Shown: positions 1 through 8,081, counted from the stretch's first letter. The stretch: DNA of 13,607 nucleotides from Candidatus Hodarchaeota archaeon (GCA_029856365.1 JAHQWW010000102.1:1-13607); one strand, 5' to 3'. Notes: generated from the letters alone by a model not told the origin. Made by a program: numbers and translations.

Positions 1-143
1 GAGTGGAAAGTTATTATACAATAGAAGGATATTTATCTAATGATAAAAAAATGACAAAAAATTATATATTTGATTGTGCTAGTTTAAAACTTAAAGTGCT
101 TCTATACATTCTCGAGGATCAAGTCCAAAAATACGGTGATTAA

Positions 144-359
144 ATGAGTCCAACTGATTATACAACAGTTTCTATTCCAAGAATATTGTATGAAAAGATT
201 CAAGAACGCATTAAAGGAACTGGTTTCACATCGGTCTCAAGATTCACTGTTTATGTTCTCCGTGAGTTAGTAACAGAGACGAAGAAAGGAAAAGAACCTT
301 TTTCAGAACAAGATAAAGAAAAGCTATTAGAAAAGCTCGAAAAATTGGGGTACACATGA
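144..359 (+). CDS. Small ribbon-helix-helix (CopG-like) protein with C-terminal acidic helix ending LEKLGYT
   Basis: 71 aa. N-terminal alternating strand TTVSIP, then helix (RILYEKIQERI), turn (TGFTSVS) and second helix (RFTVYVLRELV), which is the RHH pattern. GGTGA RBS 4 nt before ATG. Paralogous to 604..810. Confidence 0.8.
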   Translation: MSPTDYTTVSIPRILYEKIQERIKGTGFTSVSRFTVYVLRELVTETKKGKEPFSEQDKEKLLEKLEKLGYT

Positions 360-603
360 AAAATTGAGGGGCCATCACTCTCAGGATCCAAAATTGTCTA
401 AAATCTCCATACCCAATTAATTATATCAATTCTTTGATGGTCATGATGTGATTAAAGTTTTATTGGTGTTTTATCGAATTTCTCTCTTATCATAATAGTT
501 AATTAAATATTCTTTTTTCTTCTTTCATAATTCTATGACCCTTCAAAATTATGATATAGTATTCATTTTATATGAAAATTATTATGGCTGCAGGTAAACA
601 ACG

Positions 604-810
604 ATGGACAAAGATAATAAAACAATAACGATTTCTAAACATTTATATGAGTTGTTGGAGCGAAAAATACAACAAGATAAATTCGATTCAGTTGATAATT
701 ATGTTGAACATCTCTTGTTGCAATTATTGCAAGTAGAGGGTTCCGAAGACCTTGATCCCGAAGAAGAAGAGAAAATAAAACAACGTCTCGAAAAACTAGG
801 TTATCTTTAG
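604..810 (+). CDS. Second small RHH (CopG-like) protein with C-terminal EEEEKIKQRLEKLGYL tail
   Basis: 68 aa. KTITISKHLYELL...FDSVDNYVEHLL aligns by eye with ORF 144..359. AGGT RBS-like element upstream. Ends 13 nt before sat. Confidence 0.8.
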   Translation: MDKDNKTITISKHLYELLERKIQQDKFDSVDNYVEHLLLQLLQVEGSEDLDPEEEEKIKQRLEKLGYL

Positions 811-823
811 AGGGTTTACAACA

Positions 824-1969
824 ATGGCTAGACCACATGGAGGGCAACTGGTAGACCAAGTATTATCAAATAATCAATTGAACCGCATAAAAGAAGAAAT
901 TAAAGAACTTAAACCAATTCCTATTGACTATGAAACATTTATTGAGCTTGAAAATATTGCAATAGGTACATTCAGTCCACTGGAAGGATATATGATACAG
1001 CAAGAAGTAGACTCTGTATTGGACACAGGTCGTTTGACGAATGACTTAGCATGGACCATTCCAATTACTTTCGCTGTTGACAAAGAACAGGCAAACCTTC
1101 TTGAAAAGGGGAATCAATTTGCTTTATCATATCAAGGAGAAGTAGTAGCACTTTTGGATCTTGAAGATAAGTTCATCCCAGATAAAAAACACTGGGTAAA
1201 AGCAGTCTTTAACACTACAGATGAGAAACATCCCGGAGTCAAACGAATATACAAAAGAAAAGAGGTCTTACTAGGAGGAACCATTAATCTCTTAAAGCGA
1301 CCTAAGGTTCCCTTTCCTGAAAATCGGTTAACACCTAAAGAAACTCGAGTGTTATTCAAAGTAAAAGGTTGGAAAACAATAGTAGGTTTTCAAACAAGAA
1401 ATGCTCCCCACATCGGACATGAGTATGTACAAAAAGCAGCTCTAACTTTTGTTGATGGGATCTTCATAAATCCTGTAATAGGAAAAAAGAAACCAGGAGA
1501 CTTTAAAGACGAAGTAATCTTAGAATCCTACAATGCACTAATTAATCATTACTATCTGCGAGAACGTTCAGTTCTTGTTACACTTCTGACAGAAATGCGA
1601 TATGCAGGGCCCAAGGAAGCTATTTTCCATTCTATCATGAGAAAAAACTATGGGTGCACTCATTTTATTATTGGTCGTGATCATGCGGGGGTAGGTAACT
1701 ATTACCCTCCATTTGCAGCTCAAGATATTTTTGATGACTATCCAGACATTGGAATTGTTCCATTGTTTTTTAGATCTTTCTCTCATTGTACGAAATGTGG
1801 ATCGGTGGTAAATGAGAAAATTTGTCCCCACTCTTCTGAACATCATATAAATTTCAGCGGTACAAAGATTCGGAAGATGCTTATTGAAGGAAAACATCCT
1901 CCTAAAGAGTTAATGAGACCTGAAGTAGCGGATATCATCCTCCAATATGAAAATCCATTTGTTGAATGA
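824..1969 (+). CDS. sat: Sulfate adenylyltransferase (ATP sulfurylase, Sat type)
   Basis: N-terminal PHGG, FSPLEG, catalytic FQTRNAPHIGHE (QxRN/HxxH), MRYAGPKEA, GRDHAGVG, FSGTKIR and MRPEV motifs. C-terminal CTKC-x8-CPH putative Zn site. Confidence 0.97.
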   Translation: MARPHGGQLVDQVLSNNQLNRIKEEIKELKPIPIDYETFIELENIAIGTFSPLEGYMIQQEVDSVLDTGRLTNDLAWTIPITFAVDKEQANLLEKGNQFALSYQGEVVALLDLEDKFIPDKKHWVKAVFNTTDEKHPGVKRIYKRKEVLLGGTINLLKRPKVPFPENRLTPKETRVLFKVKGWKTIVGFQTRNAPHIGHEYVQKAALTFVDGIFINPVIGKKKPGDFKDEVILESYNALINHYYLRERSVLVTLLTEMRYAGPKEAIFHSIMRKNYGCTHFIIGRDHAGVGNYYPPFAAQDIFDDYPDIGIVPLFFRSFSHCTKCGSVVNEKICPHSSEHHINFSGTKIRKMLIEGKHPPKELMRPEVADIILQYENPFVE

Positions 1970-1988
1970 GAATATTGGCGGAAAAATA

Positions 1989-3383
1989 ATGAATGATCGT
2001 AAAATGTTAGTTATAGGTCTTGACTGTGCTTCTCCACGATTAATTTTTGAAGAATTTCGAGATGATCTTCCAAACTTATCTAAATTGATCAATAATGGAC
2101 TTTCTGGTAATTTAAGATCATCAATGCCTCCAATTACTATCCCTGCCTGGATGGTCATGTTTACGGGGAAAACACCTGGAAAACTTGGATTATACGGTTT
2201 TCGTCATAGAAAGAGTAATTCATACACAGAGATTAGAATAGCTACTTCAAAAAATATCCAAGAACCAAAAATATGGGACATACTTAGTAAAACAGGACGA
2301 AAATCTTGTTTATTTGCAATCCCTCCAAGCTATCCTCCCCCAGTAGTAAATGGTTGGTTAGTAAGTTGTTTTTTGACCCCCAGTTCAAAAAGCAATTATA
2401 CTTATCCTCCTGAACTAAAGCAAGAACTGGAAAAGGATTGTGGTCCATATATTCCAGATATTGATTACCGCTCTGGTGATCGTGATAATATTTACAACCA
2501 GCTGTTTGGAATGCTAGATAATCACATGAGCATGATTATGCGATTGCTTAAAGAGAAACCCTGGGATTTTTTTGCATTTGTAGAAATTGGCGTAGATCGG
2601 GTTCATCATGCGTTTTGGCGCTACTATGACAAAACACATCATATGTATGAGCCCAACAGCAAATATCAACATGTTATTCGTGATTATTATAAAGCAATAG
2701 ACAAATATCTTGGTGAAATCCTTGAATTAATCGATGACAATACCTACATTCTTGTAGCTTCTGATCATGGTGTTAAAGCCATGAGAGGAGCATTTTGTAT
2801 AAATGAATGGTTGATTAAAGAAAAGTATCTAGTATTAAAACAAATCCCTGACAAACAAATGCGATTATCAGAGGCAGAAGTTAACTGGACAAAGACCAAA
2901 GCATGGGCATGGGGAGGATATTGCTCAAAACTTTTTTTAAATGTTCAAGGAAGGGAAGAGAAAGGAGTTATAAGAGCAAAAGATTATGAAAAGGAGCTTG
3001 AAAAACTAAAGAAAAAATTACTCAATCTAAAGGATGATAAGGGACGAACAATGAAAAATATTGTTTTTCGTCCCGAGGAATATTACGACAACCCCAAGGG
3101 AGACTATCCTGATTTAATGGTAATATTTGATGACCTTTATTGGCGAGCAGCTGGAACAATTGGCCATGATACCCTGTACCTCCTTGAGAATGATCTAGGT
3201 TCTGATGATGCAATGCATGATTGGGATGGGATGTATATTTTATATGATCCAAAGGAAAAACTTCCGAAAGGTAAGATAGATGCGAAAATAGAAGACATAG
3301 CTTCGACTATTCTCACGCTGTTTGATATAGAAAAACCTGCAGATTTCAATGGAAAAGTGATATTAAATGACACAAGAACATAA
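1989..3383 (+). CDS. Alkaline phosphatase superfamily protein, type I phosphodiesterase/nucleotide pyrophosphatase (NPP)-like, cytoplasmic; substrate unknown
   Basis: IGLD metal ligand, PPITIPAW (Thr nucleophile, codon 2136-2138), TGKTPGKLG, DRVHH, ASDHG and C-terminal MHDWDG motifs. No CxPxR sulfatase motif and no signal peptide. Start set to ATG 1989 (after GGCGGA, downstream of the sat stop) rather than 1947. Confidence 0.9.
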   Translation: MNDRKMLVIGLDCASPRLIFEEFRDDLPNLSKLINNGLSGNLRSSMPPITIPAWMVMFTGKTPGKLGLYGFRHRKSNSYTEIRIATSKNIQEPKIWDILSKTGRKSCLFAIPPSYPPPVVNGWLVSCFLTPSSKSNYTYPPELKQELEKDCGPYIPDIDYRSGDRDNIYNQLFGMLDNHMSMIMRLLKEKPWDFFAFVEIGVDRVHHAFWRYYDKTHHMYEPNSKYQHVIRDYYKAIDKYLGEILELIDDNTYILVASDHGVKAMRGAFCINEWLIKEKYLVLKQIPDKQMRLSEAEVNWTKTKAWAWGGYCSKLFLNVQGREEKGVIRAKDYEKELEKLKKKLLNLKDDKGRTMKNIVFRPEEYYDNPKGDYPDLMVIFDDLYWRAAGTIGHDTLYLLENDLGSDDAMHDWDGMYILYDPKEKLPKGKIDAKIEDIASTILTLFDIEKPADFNGKVILNDTRT

Positions 3384-3906
3384 TGGATTTGTACTATGGT
3401 TTACTGGCTTATCTGGTTCTGGAAAAAGTGAACTAGCAAGCAGGGTTGCTGAAAAATTAAGAACCTTAGGTAAAAAGGTTGAGATTCTTGATGGGGATAT
3501 AGTTCGTCAAAGTTTAACAAAGGATCTAGGTTTTACAGAGGCAGATCGAAAAACCAATCTTGAACGGGTCACTTTTGTAGCTAAACTGCTCAGTCGGAAT
3601 GGTGTGGCCACTTTAGTCTCGTTTATTTCTCCATACATTACTTCTAGGGAAGCAGCTCGGAAAGAAACAACCAATTTTATGGAAGTATTCGTCAAGTGCC
3701 CAGTGGAGGTTTGTATTGAGAGAGATACAAAAGGTCTTTATAAGAAAGCGATTGCTGGCGAAATAGAGAATTTTACTGGAATAAGCCACCCATATGAAGA
3801 ACCTCCAAACCCAGAAATAGTTGTTGAAACAGATAAAGAAACACCTGAAGAGTGTGTTACAAAGATTATAACATATATCAATGGGACAGGACTCTTAGAT
3901 AGATGA
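3367..3906 (+). CDS. cysC: Adenylyl-sulfate (APS) kinase
   Basis: WFTGLSGSGKS P-loop, LDGDIVR, DLGF, SFISPY, RDTKGLYKKA and FTGISHPYEEP motifs. Overlaps the upstream gene by 17 nt, consistent with an operon. Confidence 0.97.
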   Translation: MTQEHNGFVLWFTGLSGSGKSELASRVAEKLRTLGKKVEILDGDIVRQSLTKDLGFTEADRKTNLERVTFVAKLLSRNGVATLVSFISPYITSREAARKETTNFMEVFVKCPVEVCIERDTKGLYKKAIAGEIENFTGISHPYEEPPNPEIVVETDKETPEECVTKIITYINGTGLLDR

Positions 3907-3907
3907 C

Positions 3908-3933
3908 GAAAAGAAGAAAACAATATTCTTTTC
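3908..3933. terminator. Possible bidirectional terminator between convergent cysC and the nucleotide-sugar dehydrogenase
   Basis: 8-bp inverted repeat GAAAAGAA (3908-3915) / TTCTTTTC (3926-3933) fills the 30-nt convergent gap, with T-rich runs on both strands. AT-rich, so the stem is weak. Confidence 0.35.
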
Positions 3934-3936
3934 CTA

Positions 3937-5313
3937 TTAACATCGGAATTGTCCTTGTCCCACTCCTCGATAACTGAAACCTAATTTAACAACCTCTTCG
4001 GGATCAAATGTCCTTCTTCCATCAATTATTATGGGATTTCTTCTCATTATTGATTTTTTGTGAGCTAAATCCATGTCCTTGTATTCTTGATGTGCCGTAA
4101 CAACGATAAAAGCATCTGAATCGTTGATAACTTCATCTAAATTCGTTGAAAAAGGAAACTCAACTGCTTCTTGGCGAACATGCGGATCATGAACATTATA
4201 TTGATAATTCTTTTCGTCTAGGAGCTTTATCAAGTCTTTTGTGGGAGTATTTCGTGGATCATCTGAATCTTCTAAAAATGCCACTCCAAGGACAGCAATC
4301 TTTAAATCGTGGGGATATTGTCGGTTGGTTTCGGTAAAACACTCCTCCAATAGAGTTACAACATGTCTTGGCATATTCATGTTTCTAAAGCGACTAGCTT
4401 CTACTACATTAAGTTTTACAGCCTTTTTTCCGTACTGCGTTAATCCATATTTTAATAACCAAGGATCTTTCGGAAGACAATGGCCACCCACTCCTGCGCC
4501 AGGTAGATGCATATTACGATGAGGATTTCCTTTCCCCTTAATAAAAGGGAGATTATTCACAAGTTTTCTTACCTCATAAACGTCAACTCCTAACGACTCA
4601 CAAACTAAGGCTATTTCATTTGCGAAAGCAACATTGACATCTCGATAGGTGTTCTCAACTACTTTTGCAAGCTCAGCTGTTAACGCAGTTGTTGGGATGA
4701 TATCGTTTTTCAAAACTTGTTTATAAAACCAAACTGCTTTTTCTGAACTCTTGGACCCCACCCCACCCACTATTCGGGGATAGTTCAAGATATTATAAAT
4801 CAACCTACCAACCATGACTCTTTCATAAGCAAAAGCGAGGAAAAAATCTTTCTCACACTCCAGTCCAGATATCTTTTCTAATATAGGTTTTACAATGAAA
4901 TCTGTTGTACCAGGAGCGCAGGTTGATTCGATGATGACTGTTGTACCTTTTGAGAGATGTTCCCCAATTTGATGACAAACTTCTTTTAATGACACATATT
5001 GTGGAATGTTATTTTCATCGGTTGGTGTTTGAACATCAATTAATACATAGTCCATTGCTTTAACGCTAGAAATGTCATCCGTTACTGAAAACGTTTTTTT
5101 CTCTTTGACAACTCTGGTAATTAATTCTGGAAGTCCAGGTTCGTTTTTAATTGGACATTTTCCCTGATTAATATGGTCAATTTTCCACCCTGATCGTTTT
5201 GAACGTCTTTGAATACCAATAACCTCAAAGATGTCAGTATCAGCCAACAAGACGGCAATGGGAATCCCAACATAGCCCATGCCAATTACAGCTACTTTAG
5301 TGGCCATTTTCAT
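3937..5313 (-). CDS. Nucleotide-sugar 6-dehydrogenase, UDP-ManNAc/UDP-GlcNAc dehydrogenase (WecC/TviB-like) family
   Basis: Rossmann VIGMGYVG, VQTP, IIESTCAPGTT, AELAKVVENTYRDVNVAFANE, catalytic GVGGHCLPKDP, DDPRNTP and IIIDGR motifs. Alternative start at 5307. Confidence 0.92.
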   Translation of the reverse strand: MKMATKVAVIGMGYVGIPIAVLLADTDIFEVIGIQRRSKRSGWKIDHINQGKCPIKNEPGLPELITRVVKEKKTFSVTDDISSVKAMDYVLIDVQTPTDENNIPQYVSLKEVCHQIGEHLSKGTTVIIESTCAPGTTDFIVKPILEKISGLECEKDFFLAFAYERVMVGRLIYNILNYPRIVGGVGSKSSEKAVWFYKQVLKNDIIPTTALTAELAKVVENTYRDVNVAFANEIALVCESLGVDVYEVRKLVNNLPFIKGKGNPHRNMHLPGAGVGGHCLPKDPWLLKYGLTQYGKKAVKLNVVEASRFRNMNMPRHVVTLLEECFTETNRQYPHDLKIAVLGVAFLEDSDDPRNTPTKDLIKLLDEKNYQYNVHDPHVRQEAVEFPFSTNLDEVINDSDAFIVVTAHQEYKDMDLAHKKSIMRRNPIIIDGRRTFDPEEVVKLGFSYRGVGQGQFRC

Positions 5314-5450
5314 CAGGTCTAAGCAAATTAATCTCGAATTAATTAAGTCATGTAGAGATGTAAAAGTTGGTAATTTGGAAACTCCTTTTTAAAAATAATT
5401 AAAACTTCAAACATGAAAGTAGGATATAGCTATTAAGAGATGTTCCCAAT

Positions 5451-6674
5451 TCATCCCACGTTGAAATAATGGGACTTTGAATGAGATTCGTTCACGATAG
5501 ATTGTGAGCTGAGACGTAATTCAGCAACCTTGGAGAGTACTAGAAGTCCGAATAGACTCCCAAGAAACTGATCTTCGGGGGTTGGAAAGAGAAGAAGACA
5601 AAAAGCTGACACTAAGACAATTCTATTGATTAAAGGAAGATGTCTAGTAGTAATGATAGCGATAAAAAATAGAATTACCACAAACGGGGCATACAACATT
5701 TTTACATTTAGAAAATAAAATAATGCTGAAATTGGATTGAAATAATAAGACGTTATTTCTGATCGTAGGTCTAAATTCAGATTAAAGAGAATCGTGTTTT
5801 GGACAACATTAAACCAGCCGAAAGGCCAAATAATTAACAAATCAATAAACAGAATTACGACAGCATCAATGAAATACGACCATTCATGCTTTTCAATAAT
5901 TCTGGAATAAAAATAAATAGCTACAAATGGTAATATGTAGAATTTAGCAAGAAGACCAATACTTATAGCTATAATCAGACCAATTCTTTTCGTTTTGGTT
6001 GAATTTATTTCCTCCTCAAGCATTATTATACTTGCTATTATAAGTGATAAAAATGTTGTACAAGCGCTATAATATAAGGAGGTTACAATTAGTAATAGTA
6101 CGTATGGAAGTTTCGCATCCCAGTTCAAGTCTGGAGTTTTGATAGCAAATACGAGTGCTACAAATACGTTAACTATAAAATTAACAAAAACTAACACTCT
6201 ATAATCCCACTGATTCAATAAAATGTAGAATAATAGATAAATTGGAATTTCTGCGGGTGGATAGTTAAAATAAGAGTATGATATGGAACCATCAGCTAAT
6301 TGATGATAAATTACTGGTTCTAAATAAGGATTTTGGCCATTAGAAAGAGCAGAAAATAATGTTCTGTAAACATGAACTATTTCTGTATTCCAATCCATGA
6401 ATAAGGTTATCACAATGGCTGATATTATGAAAGGAACAACCCAAGTACGAAATAACCTATTGTAGAAAAAATCAGATGCTGAAATCCACCTTGAAACCCA
6501 AATAACAAATAGAACTATTGTAAGAATGATAACAGGGGCAAAAGAATATATTGCTTCAGGTACAGGTTCTAAAAAAACTATAATAAGGTTTAGAATAATT
6601 AAAGTTATTGCTAATGATAATTCGAGCCATTTTTGATGAATTTTCATCCCCTCATTTTCGGAAGAATTATTCAT
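5451..6674 (-). CDS. Polytopic membrane protein, GT87/DUF2029-like (GT-C fold) lipid-phosphate-sugar-dependent glycosyltransferase
   Basis: 407 aa, about 10 or more hydrophobic segments. A loop after the third TM segment carries D...LSNGQNPY...YFNYPP, and GLLAKFY occurs later; these resemble GT87 signatures. The CDS is secure; the family call is by eye. Confidence 0.6.
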   Translation of the reverse strand: MNNSSENEGMKIHQKWLELSLAITLIILNLIIVFLEPVPEAIYSFAPVIILTIVLFVIWVSRWISASDFFYNRLFRTWVVPFIISAIVITLFMDWNTEIVHVYRTLFSALSNGQNPYLEPVIYHQLADGSISYSYFNYPPAEIPIYLLFYILLNQWDYRVLVFVNFIVNVFVALVFAIKTPDLNWDAKLPYVLLLIVTSLYYSACTTFLSLIIASIIMLEEEINSTKTKRIGLIIAISIGLLAKFYILPFVAIYFYSRIIEKHEWSYFIDAVVILFIDLLIIWPFGWFNVVQNTILFNLNLDLRSEITSYYFNPISALFYFLNVKMLYAPFVVILFFIAIITTRHLPLINRIVLVSAFCLLLFPTPEDQFLGSLFGLLVLSKVAELRLSSQSIVNESHSKSHYFNVG

Positions 6675-6938
6675 TAATCACAATCCCTTGGAGCTCGGTT
6701 TAGAAAATTTAAACGAACAAGATTGGCTTGTTTAACGGCTAAATACTGCTCAATAGAGCAGGCCATACAACATCCTTGACAATATAAAAAAAATTGTGTA
6801 TTCTTTCTTTGTAAATGGGCCTTGAAACATATCCTGGAGAGGTACATCCATCAAGCTCCAAATTGAAACTCTGTCACATAGTGAAATGTCTCCAACCATG
6901 GAGAGATTAAAAGATAGTAACTCGGTAAATATATTGAT
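6674..6938 (-). pseudogene. Degenerate C-terminal SPASM/Twitch Fe-S domain of a radical SAM protein (frameshifted remnant; not in the ORF track)
   Basis: Manual translation gives ...ELLSFNLSMVGDISLCDRVSIWSLMDVPLQDMFQGPFTKKEYT[frameshift at T8 run, 6786-6793]FLYCQGCCMACSIEQYLAVKQANLVRLNFLNRAPRDCD*. This resembles the SPASM pattern GdV.pC...l.e.pL.ei....C..C...C. Its TAA overlaps the ATG of the next gene (TAATG at 6672-6676). Confidence 0.6.
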
Positions 6939-7050
6939 TCATTTATTGATCCTATGAACTGAACACAAAAGATTCATGATTTATCAATAATATCGAAATT
7001 AAGACTGTTCCTTTAGCAAAAACCAATGAAGATAAAATTTGTCTAAAAAG

Positions 7051-7062
7051 GTGTAATTACAC
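7051..7062. promoter_or_regulatory. Perfect 12-bp palindrome GTGTAATTACAC in divergent intergenic region; candidate transcription factor site
   Basis: Seen directly in the sequence, between the divergently transcribed GT87-like and IPCT-like blocks. Function is inferred only. Confidence 0.3.
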
Positions 7063-7325
7063 TAAAATAACTAAGTAAAAGGAATTTTTCTTATTTTCCA
7101 GTCAGAGAATACTAAGACCCTGTAAAACAGAATTAAGTTAAAAACAAGTATTCAAAAGTAATTAAAAATTCCCCTCCTATCCGATAATGGAGATCAAACA
7201 TGAAAGTAAGATATACCACAAATGTTTTTGACTCATTTCATAAAGATTATGTACATTTTCTGAACATAATAAAGAGTTGTAAGAAGTTCTGATGTTTGAT
7301 TTGTAAAGCTTCAATGGTGTCTTTG

Positions 7326-8081
7326 ATGGCTCAGACTTTCGTGATTTTAGCAGCAGGTTTCGGATCAAGATTAAATCAATTACCTTCTTCTATTCCCAAA
7401 GCGTTAATAAAGCTCCGCAACCGACCAATTATAGATTTTGCCTTGGATAACATTGCAAATTATCTCCCAGAGATTAAAACAACCATTATAATTACTGGTT
7501 ATAAGAAAAAACTCATAGAAGAATATGTCGAACTTAATGCCTCAAAGTACTCGTTCGACTTGCATTGTGTTTATGCGTTGGATTATAAAAAAGGAAATGG
7601 GAAATCACTCTCTGCAGCCGAGTTTTATGTGAATGATCGCTTTTTTTTAGCCATGTGCGATCATTTATTTGAAGCACCTCATTATCACACAATTAAACTG
7701 GAATCGGACAGGGAAACTGATCTGTCTTTATGCATTGATTTCACTCCGAATTCTCACATTCAGCTAGAAGATGCAACGAAAGTTTTCACAGATAGCGAGA
7801 ATAATATCTTACATATTGGGAAAAATCTGTCAACTTGGACTGCCATTGATACTGGTCTTTTCTGTCTTTCTCCATGTGTTTTTAAACGATTAAAACAAGT
7901 TTCAGGTAAAAATGTATCAGTTACTGATGGAGTTAATCAGATGATACGTCATGGGGATTGTGTTAAGGGGGTAGATGTATCAGGAAGCTTCTGGGCTGAT
8001 ATTGACACTCTTACAGATCTAAAAAACGTAGAGGTTTATCTGTCGGCTGATGAAAGTTCGAGAGAATCTGAGGGAGAATAA
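7326..8081 (+). CDS. NTP transferase, most similar to CTP:L-myo-inositol-1-phosphate cytidylyltransferase (IPCT; LicC-like family)
   Basis: VILAAGFGSRL, PKALIKL..RPII, KKGNGKSL, LAMCDH, LEDATKV, AIDTGLF and WADIDT..DL motifs. The GNG.SL, M.DH, ATKV and DTG.F elements are typical of IPCT. Start chosen at ATG 7326 (alternatives 7314 and TTG 7296). Confidence 0.8.
   Translation: MAQTFVILAAGFGSRLNQLPSSIPKALIKLRNRPIIDFALDNIANYLPEIKTTIIITGYKKKLIEEYVELNASKYSFDLHCVYALDYKKGNGKSLSAAEFYVNDRFFLAMCDHLFEAPHYHTIKLESDRETDLSLCIDFTPNSHIQLEDATKVFTDSENNILHIGKNLSTWTAIDTGLFCLSPCVFKRLKQVSGKNVSVTDGVNQMIRHGDCVKGVDVSGSFWADIDTLTDLKNVEVYLSADESSRESEGE

Noticed and set aside
1989-3383. Calling the AlkP-family protein a classical sulfatase
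   Set aside because: It has no (C/S)xPxR formylglycine motif; the nucleophile position is Thr in PPITIPAW, which is NPP-like.
824-3906. Dissimilatory or assimilatory sulfate reduction operon
   Set aside because: No aprAB, qmo, dsr, cysH or sulfite reductase is in the window, and cysC indicates PAPS formation. Assimilation genes elsewhere in the genome cannot be excluded.
635-4522. Short opposite-strand ORFs in the track (635..859, 1132..1359, 1568..1897, 1910..2158, 3022..3252, 3137..3373, 3507..3695, 3738..3923, 4146..4337, 4241..4522)
   Set aside because: Antisense shadows of well-supported genes, with no recognisable motifs.
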